A DNA stretch of 64,000 nt from the NCBI GenBank assembly GCA_963762145.1, contig CAVXJS010000009.1, forward strand, positions 800,001-864,000. The letters run 5' to 3'. The number at the start of each line of letters is the position of its first letter. Within the stretch, counting starts at the first letter, position 1. Source of the DNA: an uncultured Candidatus Rokubacteria bacterium (lineage in GTDB: Bacteria > Methylomirabilota > Methylomirabilia > Rokubacteriales > CSP1-6). Below the pieces are notes generated by a model. That model was given only the letters and a program-made list of their open reading frames with translations, did not search any database and had not been told where the DNA came from. This document shows positions 9,440-18,042 of the stretch, piece by piece. The position numbers were made by a program, and so were the translations under genes.

Positions 9440-10810
9440 TTATCGGTCGAGCTCCCCGCCGATCATGTTGACGGAGCCGAAGGTGGGGATGATGTCGGCG
9501 ACCATCTCGCCCTCGATCATGGCCGGGATGGCGGCGACCGGGTTCATGCACGGCGGGCGGCACCGCACGCGGTACGGCCGGTCGGTGCCGTCGGACACCA
9601 CGTAGAAGCCCAGCTCTCCGTTGGCCCCCTCCGCCGCGAAGTACGCCTCGCCCGGAGGCGGACGAATGCCGTAGCCCTCCATGACCAGCATGAAGTGGTT
9701 CATCAGCCCTTCGATCGAGCCGTAGGCCTCCGCCTTCGTCGGCAGGACCACACGCTTGTCGGCCGCGTTCACGCGATCGTGCGCGCCGCGATCCTGGCCC
9801 TGCAGGTTGGGCGAGAGCTTGATGGGCAGGAGCAGCAGGCCCTCGGTCTTGCCCTGCTTGCCCATGTCCACGTAGGCGGCGGGATCGATGGCCTTCCCCT
9901 CCCAGTCCACCTGGATGGCGCCGCCCGGGAGGCCGTCGAGGGCCTGCTCCGCGATCCGCATGGACTGCTCCATCTCGGCCATCCGGACCAGGAAGCGGTC
10001 GAAGTTGTCGCCGTTCTTGCCGAGCGCGATGTCGAACGGGATCCGGTCGTACGCCCAGTAGGGCTGCGTCTTGCGCAGGTCGAACGGCACACCCACCGCG
10101 CGCAGCAGGGGCCCCGTGATCCCCCACGCGATCGTCTCCTCCCGGCTGAGCGCGCCCACCCCGACCATGCGGTCCATGAAGATCCGGTTGCCGGTGACGA
10201 GGGTGTGCACCTCCTCGAGCACCTGACGGGTCTCCGCGAACGCCTTCTTGACCTTCAGGTCGAACCCGGCCGGTAGATCGGCCTTCACACCGCCCACGCG
10301 CCCGTAGGAGATCGTCAGCCGCGCGCCGGTGACGTCCTCCACCAGCTCCCAGAGGAACTCCCGCGCCTTGATCATGTAGAGGAATACGGTGAAGGCGCCC
10401 AGCTCCATCGAGCCTGCGCCCACGCACGTGAGGTGGTCGCAGATCCGCGAGATCTCGCTCATGATCACGCGGATGTACTTGCAGCGGTCGGTGATCTCGA
10501 TGCCGAGCAGCTTCTCGATCGCCGAGGTGTAGCCGAAGTTGTTGATCAGCGGCGAGACGTAGTTGAGGCGATCCGTGTACGGAATCGCGTTGTTGTACGG
10601 GCCCGCCTCGCAGTCCTTCTCGAACGCGCGGTGGAGGTAGCCGATCTCCACGTCGGTCTTGACCACCGTCTCGCCGTCCAGCTCGGCGAAGATGCGGATG
10701 ATGCCGTGCATGGCCGGGTGCGCCGGCCCCATGTTGACGTAGAGATGCTGGGTGCCGTCGGCGCTCGACCCCTCGCCCAGGAACAGCTCGCGCGTCTTCC
10801 GCTCGGCCAT
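9440..10810 (-). CDS. nuoD: NADH-quinone oxidoreductase subunit D
   Basis: NMGPAHPAMHG, GYLHRAFEK, YTDRLNY, C-terminal GGELDR; no NiFe-binding CxxC. Confidence 0.96.
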   Translation of the reverse strand: MAERKTRELFLGEGSSADGTQHLYVNMGPAHPAMHGIIRIFAELDGETVVKTDVEIGYLHRAFEKDCEAGPYNNAIPYTDRLNYVSPLINNFGYTSAIEKLLGIEITDRCKYIRVIMSEISRICDHLTCVGAGSMELGAFTVFLYMIKAREFLWELVEDVTGARLTISYGRVGGVKADLPAGFDLKVKKAFAETRQVLEEVHTLVTGNRIFMDRMVGVGALSREETIAWGITGPLLRAVGVPFDLRKTQPYWAYDRIPFDIALGKNGDNFDRFLVRMAEMEQSMRIAEQALDGLPGGAIQVDWEGKAIDPAAYVDMGKQGKTEGLLLLPIKLSPNLQGQDRGAHDRVNAADKRVVLPTKAEAYGSIEGLMNHFMLVMEGYGIRPPPGEAYFAAEGANGELGFYVVSDGTDRPYRVRCRPPCMNPVAAIPAMIEGEMVADIIPTFGSVNMIGGELDR

Positions 10811-10841
10811 CAAGCCTCCGATTCCCTCTTAGTCATTTTCA

Positions 10842-10877
10842 TATTCGCTCGGCTCGCCTTCGGCTTCGTCTCGCCCT
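10842..10877. repeat. Short interspersed repeat copy in the nuoC-nuoD spacer
   Basis: tattcgctcggctcgccttcggcttcgtctcgccct, matching the copies at 3406 and 12247; touches the nuoC stop. Confidence 0.8.
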
Positions 10878-11373
10878 ACACTTTCGGGCCGATGAGGGGC
10901 TGGCGGCGATTGATCGGGTAGTCCTTGCGCAGGGGATGGCCCTCGAACTCCTCGTACATCAGGAGCCGGCGCAGGTCGGGGTGGCCGTCGAAGCGGATGC
11001 CGAACATGTCCCACACCTCGCGCTCCTGCCAGTTGGCGATGGGCCAGAGGGCGGTGGCGGTGGGAACGACGGGATCGTCCTGCTCCACCGGGACCTTCAG
11101 CCGCACACGATGGTTGTGCGGGACGGAATACAGGTGGTAGACGACCTCGAAGCGGGGCCCGTCCTCGCGGCCCGGGAACCGGCTGTAGTCCACCGCGGTG
11201 AGGTCCACGAGCATGTCGAAGGCGAGCGCGGCGTCGTCCCGGCAGAACGCGAGGGCCGGCACGATTCCCTCACGGCTCAACACCGCGGTGTGATCGCCGC
11301 GGTAGTCGTGGGTGGCGAGGACAAGGTCCCCGAAGCGCTCGCGCAGCCGGGCGAGAATGGCGTGGCCGTCCAT
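10876..11373 (-). CDS. nuoC: NADH-quinone oxidoreductase subunit C
   Basis: RFEVVYHL, ANWQEREVWDMFGIRFDGHPDLRR, GHPLRKDYP; start MDGHAIL. Confidence 0.95.
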   Translation of the reverse strand: MDGHAILARLRERFGDLVLATHDYRGDHTAVLSREGIVPALAFCRDDAALAFDMLVDLTAVDYSRFPGREDGPRFEVVYHLYSVPHNHRVRLKVPVEQDDPVVPTATALWPIANWQEREVWDMFGIRFDGHPDLRRLLMYEEFEGHPLRKDYPINRRQPLIGPKV

Positions 11374-11393
11374 GGCGGCTCCCGGGACCCGGA

Positions 11394-11852
11394 TCAGTAG
11401 CGCTGGGTGCCCGCCGCGATCTTGTCCTGGAGCTTCATCAGGCCGTCGATGACGCTCTCCGGACGCGGCGGGCAGCCGGGAATGTAGACGTCCACGGGGA
11501 TGATGGTGTCGATGCCCTGGACCGTCGCGTAGTTGTCGTAGAAGCCGCCGGTGCAGGTGCAGACGCCGAAGGCGACCACCCACTTGGGCTCGCACATCTG
11601 GTCGTAGATGCGCTTGAGCACGGGCGCCATCTTGTGACTGATCGTGCCGACCACGAAGAGCACGTCGGCCTGGCGGGGCGAGAAGCGCGGCAGCCCCGCC
11701 CCGAAGCGGTCCACGTCATAGTGCGAGCACGCGGTCGCCATGTACTCCATGCCGCAGCACGCGGTGACGAACGGATACTGGAAGATGGAGTACTTGCGGG
11801 CCCAGCCGATGGCCTCGTCGAGCTTCCCGGTGAAGAACGCGCCTACTCCCAT
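11394..11852 (-). CDS. nuoB: NADH-quinone oxidoreductase subunit B
   Basis: TACCGME, SPRQAD, PVDVYIPGCPPRPE; start MGVGAFF. Confidence 0.95.
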   Translation of the reverse strand: MGVGAFFTGKLDEAIGWARKYSIFQYPFVTACCGMEYMATACSHYDVDRFGAGLPRFSPRQADVLFVVGTISHKMAPVLKRIYDQMCEPKWVVAFGVCTCTGGFYDNYATVQGIDTIIPVDVYIPGCPPRPESVIDGLMKLQDKIAAGTQRY

Positions 11853-12193
11853 TCGAGCCCTCGCTTCTTCCAGATGTAGAGAAAGCCCAGCATCAGGATG
11901 CCCAGGAAGACGAGCATCTCCACGAACCCGAACCAGCCGAGCTGGCGATACATCGCGGCCCACGGCCAGACGAACACCAGCTCGATATCGAAGATGATGA
12001 AGAAGATGGCGATGGTGGAGAACTTGATCGCGAAGCGGCCCTCCGGCAGCATCACCGGGTCCTTGCCGCACTCGAACGGCTCCTGCTTGATCGGGAGGAT
12101 GCGCTTGGGCGCGATCAGCAGCGGGATGCCGATCAGCGCCCCCGCCACGCCGGCGGCGGCCGCGAAGACCATCAAGATGGGGATGTAGTCCAT
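11843..12193 (-). CDS. nuoA: NADH-quinone oxidoreductase subunit A
   Basis: PFECG, FIIFDIELVFVWPWA, LEWE. Confidence 0.95.
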   Translation of the reverse strand: MDYIPILMVFAAAAGVAGALIGIPLLIAPKRILPIKQEPFECGKDPVMLPEGRFAIKFSTIAIFFIIFDIELVFVWPWAAMYRQLGWFGFVEMLVFLGILMLGFLYIWKKRGLEWE

Positions 12194-12202
12194 GTTTGCG
12201 GT

Positions 12203-13192
12203 TCAGCGCTCCCCTGGTGGGCTCGCCTCCGTGAGCCCCCCTTTTGTATCCGCTCGGCTCGCCTTCGGCTGCACCTCGCCAAACCACTGCCCCGCGTTCT
12301 TGACGTTGTCGGTCTGCTTCTTGGCGTGATAGGAAGACCGGACGAGGGGGCCCGATTCCACGTGGGCGAAGCCCATCTCCCGGCCCCGGACCGCCAGCTC
12401 CGCGAACTCGTCGGGGTGGTAGAAGCGCGAGACCGGCAGGTGCTGGGCGGACGGGCGCAGGTACTGGCCGAGCGTGAGGATGTTCACGTCCGCCGCCCGG
12501 AGGTCCGCCATGGTCGCCAGCAGCTCGTCCCGCTCCTCGCCCAGGCCCAGGATGATGCCCGACTTGGTCACGAGCCGGGGCGCGGCCGCCCGGGCGCGCC
12601 GGAACAGCTCGAGCGTGCGCTCGTAGCGGCCGCCGTGACGCGCCACCTTGTAGAGCCGCGGCACCGTCTCGGTATTGTGGTTCAGCACGTCCGGCGCGGC
12701 CTCGATGACCGCCGCGAGGGCGGGCGCGCCGCCCTGGAAGTCCGGAATGAGCAGCTCGACGCGGCAGCCGGGGGCGTGGCGACGAATCGCCCGGGTAGTC
12801 GCCGCGAAGTGCGCGGCGCCGCCGTCCGCCAGGTCGTCACGGTTCACCGAGGTGATGACCACGTGCTCGAGGCCCAGCTCGCCCACCGCCCGGCCCACGC
12901 GCTCCGGCTCCTCGCGATCCTCCCAGACCGGCCGACCGTGGGTGACCGCGCAGTATCCGCAATTGCGCGTGCACACGTCGCCCAGGATCATGAAGGTCGC
13001 GGTGAGCTCCTCCCAGCACTCGCCGATGTTCGGGCAGTGCGCCTCCTCACAGACCGAATGGAGGTTCCACTCGCGCATCAGGCCCTTGAGCCGGATGTAC
13101 CGTGGTCCGCCCGGCGCGCGCACCTTAAGCCACGGTGGCTTGGGTGAGTCGGCGGGACGCTTGCTATCGAGAAGTGGTAGGGAAACTCCCAT
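12203..13192 (-). CDS. lipA: Lipoyl synthase
   Basis: CEEAHCPNIGEC, CTRNCGYC radical-SAM motif, RSSYHA; C-terminal tail carries a repeat copy. Confidence 0.96.
   Translation of the reverse strand: MGVSLPLLDSKRPADSPKPPWLKVRAPGGPRYIRLKGLMREWNLHSVCEEAHCPNIGECWEELTATFMILGDVCTRNCGYCAVTHGRPVWEDREEPERVGRAVGELGLEHVVITSVNRDDLADGGAAHFAATTRAIRRHAPGCRVELLIPDFQGGAPALAAVIEAAPDVLNHNTETVPRLYKVARHGGRYERTLELFRRARAAAPRLVTKSGIILGLGEERDELLATMADLRAADVNILTLGQYLRPSAQHLPVSRFYHPDEFAELAVRGREMGFAHVESGPLVRSSYHAKKQTDNVKNAGQWFGEVQPKASRADTKGGLTEASPPGER
12247..12280. repeat. Short interspersed repeat copy inside the lipA 3' coding region
   Basis: tatccgctcggctcgccttcggctgcacctcgcc; encodes GEVQPKASRAD in the lipA frame. 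Confidence 0.8.
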
Positions 13193-13224
13193 CACTATTG
13201 TCCTTTGCCCCCTCGGGCGGCGTC

Positions 13225-13253
13225 ATTATGGCACATCTTTCACAAGCCGCCAA
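13225..13253 (-). promoter_or_regulatory. Putative sigma70 promoter of the lipA-nuo-pdh operon
   Basis: TTGGCG-17 bp-CATAAT with extended TG, about 30 bp upstream of the lipA start. Confidence 0.5.
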
Positions 13254-13273
13254 CCGAGGGGCCGCAGGACGCC

Positions 13274-14428
13274 CTAGCGCCCGGCCGGGATGGCCGCGTG
13301 CACGGCGTTGCTGATCACGTCCATCCGCAGGCTGTGCCACGGATCCGCCACCCGACTGTTCGTCAGGTAGGCAAACGACACGCCCGAGTCCGGGTCCGCC
13401 CAGCAGTAGGAGGACCCCACACCGCCGTGGCCGAACGTCCGCGGGGAGGCGATGCTGCCGAGCCCCCGGATGGAGTCGGTCGTCCCCCGCACGTGGGGGC
13501 CGAGCGCGCGGTGCATCGGCATGCCCATGTAGCCGTCTACCCGGTCACCCGTGACGCTCCGCGTGACGTACTGGACCAGGCGGGGCGAGAGGAGCCGCCG
13601 GCCGTCCAGCGTACCGCCGGCGGCCAGCATCTGGTAGAAGGCGGCCATCGCGCGCGCGGTGGCGTACCCGCCCCCGCCCGGCGTCCCGGCGCGGCGGAAC
13701 TCGGCGTTGTTTTCTTCCTCTCTTCTCACCTGCCCTCGGTTCCCCTGGCCGGTCCCGGTCGTGGCGGGCTCGTGCATGTCCACGGCTCGGTCGTGATGGC
13801 CGTCCGGCAGGCCCACGAAGAGCTCGTCGCCGAGCCCGAGCGGCTCGATGACCTGCTCCCGGACGAACGCCCGGTAGTCGGTCTTGCTCAGGGCTTCGAT
13901 CAGCACCGCGGCCACCCAGTGGGCAGCCCGGCTGTGGTAGTGCACCCGCGAGCCGGGCGTCCACTCGAGCGTGAAGGCCGAGACCGTCCGGCGCAGCAGC
14001 TCGTGATCCTCCCAGGCCGCCTTCGGCACGTCGGCGTTGGGAAACCCGCCCTGGTGGCTCAGGAGCTGGGTGATCGTGATGTCCCCCTTGCCGTTGGCCT
14101 CGAAGCCCGGCACGTGGTCGGCGACCCGGTCCGTGAAGCGCAGGGCTCCCTGCTCCGCGAGGATCCACACCGCGCAGGCGGTGATGACCTTCGTGTTGGA
14201 GTAGAGCAGCCAGAGGGAATCCTCGCGCGCGGGCACCCGCACGGGGTCGAGGCGCGCGTCCCCGAAGCTCCGCACCAGGGCGAGCTTGCCCTCGCGCGCC
14301 ACCGCGATCTGGGCCGCCGGGTACCGGCCTTCGGCCAGGTGCTGCGTGATCAGCTCCTGCAGGCGCTCGAGCGCACGGGCGTCGAGGCCCAGGGACGACG
14401 GGGTGGCTGCGGACAGGGGGAAGGCCAT
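13274..14428 (-). CDS. Serine hydrolase, beta-lactamase class C/EstB-like family
   Basis: SxxK (YSNTK), LLSHQGG, YHS, FGHGG motifs. Confidence 0.88.
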   Translation of the reverse strand: MAFPLSAATPSSLGLDARALERLQELITQHLAEGRYPAAQIAVAREGKLALVRSFGDARLDPVRVPAREDSLWLLYSNTKVITACAVWILAEQGALRFTDRVADHVPGFEANGKGDITITQLLSHQGGFPNADVPKAAWEDHELLRRTVSAFTLEWTPGSRVHYHSRAAHWVAAVLIEALSKTDYRAFVREQVIEPLGLGDELFVGLPDGHHDRAVDMHEPATTGTGQGNRGQVRREEENNAEFRRAGTPGGGGYATARAMAAFYQMLAAGGTLDGRRLLSPRLVQYVTRSVTGDRVDGYMGMPMHRALGPHVRGTTDSIRGLGSIASPRTFGHGGVGSSYCWADPDSGVSFAYLTNSRVADPWHSLRMDVISNAVHAAIPAGR

Positions 14429-14437
14429 GGGGTCTCC

Positions 14438-14911
14438 TTACGAGGACTGCCTCAGGGAACTGACCAGATCCACCACGCGCACCAGCTCGCTACCGTCCCG
14501 CACCATGTGCCGATCGCCCGCCTGCCCCCAGCGGAGCACGCCGTCGCGATCGATCACGAAGGTGGACCGGTAGGCCACGTTGCGGTCGGCGTCGAGCACG
14601 CCGTAGGCGGAGATGACGGTGCGGTGCACGTCGCTCAGGAGCGGAAACGGGAACGGATGGGCCTTGAGAAAGGCGGCGTGACAGAACGGGCTATCGCCGC
14701 TGATGCCCAGGAGCACGGCACCACGGCGGGCCAGCTCGGCCGCGGCCTGGCCCAGGCCGGTGAGCTCCGGGGTTCAGATCCCGCCGAAGTCATAGCAGTA
14801 GAAGCCGAGGACGACGTCGCGACCCCGATATTCCCGGAGGGACATGGGGCGCCCCTCGGTGCTGGGCAGCTCGAAGTCCGGCGCGACCTGCCCCCACCGG
14901 AGCGGCATCAT
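14438..14911 (-). CDS. Peroxiredoxin (AhpC/TSA/BCP-like), probable selenoprotein with in-frame UGA at 14774-14776
   Basis: Track ORFs 14774-15247 and 14438-14716 share a frame. Joined they read MMPLRWGQVAPDFELPSTEG..VVLGFYCYDFGGI[U]TPEL..LLGISGDSPFCH..FPLLSD..AYGV..RSTFVIDRDGVLRW. The TGA sits at the peroxidatic Cys position. Confidence 0.82.
14733..14766 (-). promoter_or_regulatory. Candidate bacterial SECIS hairpin
   Basis: AGCTC-ACC-GGCCTG-GGC-CAGGCC-GCGGCC-GAGCT starts at +8 after the UGA; G-first apical loop 21 nt downstream of the UGA. Confidence 0.6.
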
Positions 14912-14987
14912 GCCCGGGATTCTCGTGGATGCCGGCCCCCGGGTCAAGACCACCCCGTGGGCGCCCCGCGGGATTACAATTGCCGGA

Positions 14988-16052
14988 ATGAAGACTCGCG
15001 ACCTCCGGATCGAGCGCATCCAGCCCCTTCTGCCCCCGGCGATCCTGATCGAGGAGCAGCCGCTCTCCGAGAAGGGGTCGCTCATGGTCACGCGGGCGCG
15101 CGAGGAAGTGGCCGACATCCTCGCCGGCCGGAGCGACCGCCTCCTCGTGGTGGTCGGCCCGTGCTCGGTCCACGATCCGGCCGCCGCCCAGGAGTACGCG
15201 CTCCGCCTCCGCCGGCTGGCCGACGAGCTGGCGCCGGATCTCTGCATCGTGATGCGCGTCTACTTCGAGAAGCCGCGCACCACGGTGGGCTGGAAGGGGC
15301 TCATCAACGACCCGCACCTCGACGGCAGCTTCGCCATCAACGTGGGATTGCGACGGGGCCGCCGGTTCCTGCTCGATCTCGTCGACATCGGGCTGCCCGC
15401 GGGCTGCGAGTTCCTCGACCCGATCTCCCCCCAGTTCATCACCGACCTCGTGACCTGGGGCGCCATCGGGGCGCGCACGACCGAGAGTCAGGTTCATCGG
15501 GAGCTGGCCTCCGGGCTCTCGATGCCGGTCGGGTTCAAGAACGGCACCGACGGCGGGGTGCAGATCGCCATCGACGCGGTGCGGGCCGCGGCCCATCCGC
15601 ACAGCTTCCTGGGGGTCACCGAGCAGGGTCTCGCCGGCATCGTCTCCACCCGCGGCAATGTGGACTGCCACGTGATCCTGCGCGGCGGGCAGAGCGGTCC
15701 GAACTACGACGCGGCGAGCATCGGGGAGGTGCTCGCCGCCCTCCGCGCCGCGGGGGTGCCGCCCCGGCTGATGATCGACACGAGCCACGGGAACAGCGAG
15801 AAGGACTACCGACGTCAGCCCCAGGTCGCGCGGGAGATTGCGGCCCAGGTCGCCCGGGGGGAGCGGGGAATCGTCGGTGTACTGATGGAGAGCTTCCTGG
15901 TCGACGGGCGTCAGGATCTCGCGGATCCCGCGCAGCTCGTCTATGGCCAGAGCATCACCGACGCCTGCATGGGCTGGGACATGACGGTGCCGGTCCTCCG
16001 GGAGCTGGCCGCCGCGGCGCGCGAGCGCCGCGTGGACGGCCGCTCCACCTGA
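14988..16052 (+). CDS. 3-deoxy-7-phosphoheptulonate (DAHP) synthase, class I-alpha (AroG/F/H type)
   Basis: GPCSVHD, MRVYFEKPRTTVGWKG, IGARTTESQVHR, GFKNGTDG, SHGNS, SITDAC; start MKTRDLRI. Confidence 0.95.
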   Translation: MKTRDLRIERIQPLLPPAILIEEQPLSEKGSLMVTRAREEVADILAGRSDRLLVVVGPCSVHDPAAAQEYALRLRRLADELAPDLCIVMRVYFEKPRTTVGWKGLINDPHLDGSFAINVGLRRGRRFLLDLVDIGLPAGCEFLDPISPQFITDLVTWGAIGARTTESQVHRELASGLSMPVGFKNGTDGGVQIAIDAVRAAAHPHSFLGVTEQGLAGIVSTRGNVDCHVILRGGQSGPNYDAASIGEVLAALRAAGVPPRLMIDTSHGNSEKDYRRQPQVAREIAAQVARGERGIVGVLMESFLVDGRQDLADPAQLVYGQSITDACMGWDMTVPVLRELAAAARERRVDGRST

Positions 16053-16064
16053 AAGGTCGGTCCG

Positions 16065-16775
16065 ATGGACTACCATCCGTTCAAGGCCCGCCTGAACCGC
16101 TTCATGCTCCGCTACGTGGGCGGCGACCGGCGCCCCGCGTTCTTCGAGGTGAACGATGCCTATCCCTCGCTCGGGCACGTCACACGTGCGTACCCGGCGA
16201 TCCGCGAGGAGTGTGCGCAGCTCCTCGCCCGCCGCGAGAAGCTCCCGCGCTATCACGAGATCGACCCGGGAGAGCGGGCGATCTCGAGCGTCGACTCGGA
16301 TCGCCACTGGTACGTGTTCATGCTCTATATCCTGGGTCACAAGCCCGAGGCCAATCGCGCGCTCTGCCCGGCCACGTGCGAGGCGCTCGCCCGGGTCCCG
16401 AACCTGGTCCAGGCGTTCTTCTCCATACTGGACGCCGGCAAACGGGTCCCCCGCCACGAGGGCCCCTACCTCGGGTACCTGCGCTATCACCTCGGGCTGC
16501 ATGTCCCGCAGGATGACCCACCCCGGTTAGTCGTGAACTCGCAGGAGTACGTCTGGAAGGCGGGGCAGGCCATCATGTTCGATGACTCGTGGCCGCACGA
16601 AGTCATCAACGAGAGCCGCGAGCCGCGCGTCGTGCTGATCGTGGACGTGCTCCGACCGCTGCCCCTCCTGCCGTCTCTGGTCAACCGGCTCGTGATGCAC
16701 GGCCTCGCGCGCCCGACCTACGGTCGGTCGGTCGCGCGGCGTGTCGCCCGCTCGACCTTCATCAGTACCGGCTGA
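16065..16775 (+). CDS. Aspartyl/asparaginyl beta-hydroxylase family Fe(II)/2OG dioxygenase (LpxO-related family)
   Basis: AFFSILDAGKRVPRHEGPY, LRYHLGL, FDDSWPHEV, RVVLIVD. Confidence 0.85.
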   Translation: MDYHPFKARLNRFMLRYVGGDRRPAFFEVNDAYPSLGHVTRAYPAIREECAQLLARREKLPRYHEIDPGERAISSVDSDRHWYVFMLYILGHKPEANRALCPATCEALARVPNLVQAFFSILDAGKRVPRHEGPYLGYLRYHLGLHVPQDDPPRLVVNSQEYVWKAGQAIMFDDSWPHEVINESREPRVVLIVDVLRPLPLLPSLVNRLVMHGLARPTYGRSVARRVARSTFISTG

Positions 16776-16999
16776 CGAGCGGCGGACGCAGGGCGGTGGT
16801 CCCGGAGGCCCGCAACCGACCACAATCTGCCCTCCGCGGGCCGCCGAGTGGGCGCGCGCCGCGGTGTGATGGTAGGATCAACCGCGGTGTGCTGGCTTGA
16901 CCCCAGGCCGCCTCTGGACTTCCGGAGGTCGCCCGACCACGACCCGCGAGAAGCCGCAGACGCCGCCGGCTCCGCCGGGGCTCCGGAGGAAGAGACAGG

Positions 17000-18039
17000 A
17001 TGGCCGACCCTCGGTTCTTCACGGTCGCCGGACCGTTCAGCGTGAGTCGGCTCGCCGAGATCGCCGGCGCCCGCCCGGCCCCGGGAAGCGACCCCGACCG
17101 CCTGATCGAGGACGTGGCGCCGCTGGACGCCGCCGGGCCGGCGCATGTGAGCTTCCTCGACAACCGCCGCTACGTAGCCGCCTTCGCGGCCAGCCGCGCC
17201 GGGGCCTGCGTGGTGCAGCCGGACCTCGCGGCCAGGGCTCCCGCCGGGATGGCGCTGCTGCTCACCGAGGAGCCCTATCGGGCCTATGCTCGCATCGCGC
17301 AGGCGTTCTACCCGGTGATGGCGCCCGAGGCCGGCGTCTCCCCGTCGGCCATCGTCGACCCCACCGCGCGCCTGGCGCCGAGCTGCCGGATCGAGCCCGG
17401 AGCGGTGGTCGGCGCGCGGGCGGAAATCGGCGCACGGACGGTGATCGGCGCGACCGCCGCGATCGCTCCCGGTGTCGTGATCGGCGAGGACTGCATCGTC
17501 GGCGCGGGAGCGACCATCTCGCACAGCCTGATCGGCAACCGCGTCGCCATCTATCCCGGCGCGCGCATCGGCCAGGACGGCTTCGGCTTCGCCATGGGAG
17601 CCGGCGGTCACCTCAAGGTGCCGCAGCTCGGCCGCGTCATCGTCGAGGACGACGTCGAGATCGGCGCCAATACCACGATCGACCGCGGCGCCGGGCCCGA
17701 CACCGTGATCGGAGCCGGCACCAAGATCGACAACCTCGTGCAGATCGGGCACAACGTTCGGCTCGGGGCGGGCTGCGTCCTCGTCGCCCAGGTGGGCATC
17801 TCCGGAAGCACGCACCTGGGCGCGTTCGTCGCGGCGGGCGGTCAGGTCGGCATCACCGGCCACCTGCAGATCGGCGCGGGCGCCCGCCTCGCGGCCCAGA
17901 GCGGGGTGATGCGGGACATCGAGCCCGGCGGGACCGTCGCCGGACTCGCCCGCGATGCCGGCCAAGGAGTTCTGGCGGCAATGCGCCGCGCTGGGCCAGA
18001 CTCGCCCGGCGCCGCGTGAGGAGCCGCGTGACGGCATGA
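17000..18039 (+). CDS. lpxD: UDP-3-O-acylglucosamine N-acyltransferase (apparent frameshift near the 3' end)
   Basis: [46 protein letters not shown] hexapeptide repeats. Confidence 0.9.
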
Positions 18040-18042
18040 GCC

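Noticed and set aside
9440-11852. Possible group 4 NiFe hydrogenase, given the missing nuoLMN
   Set aside because: The large subunit lacks both CxxC Ni ligands and has quinone-site His/Tyr motifs; NuoEFG are present
3383-12280. Repeats as a CRISPR array
   Set aside because: Copies are kilobases apart with no regular spacers and no cas genes; no CRISPR array seen in the window
13274-14428. Antibiotic-resistance beta-lactamase
   Set aside because: No signal peptide; YHS and HGG motifs fit cytoplasmic esterase-like members
13205-16516. 1103-aa plus-strand ORF
   Set aside because: Arg/Gly/Pro-rich shadow frame overlapping the hydrolase, Prx, DAHP synthase and hydroxylase; typical high-GC artefact
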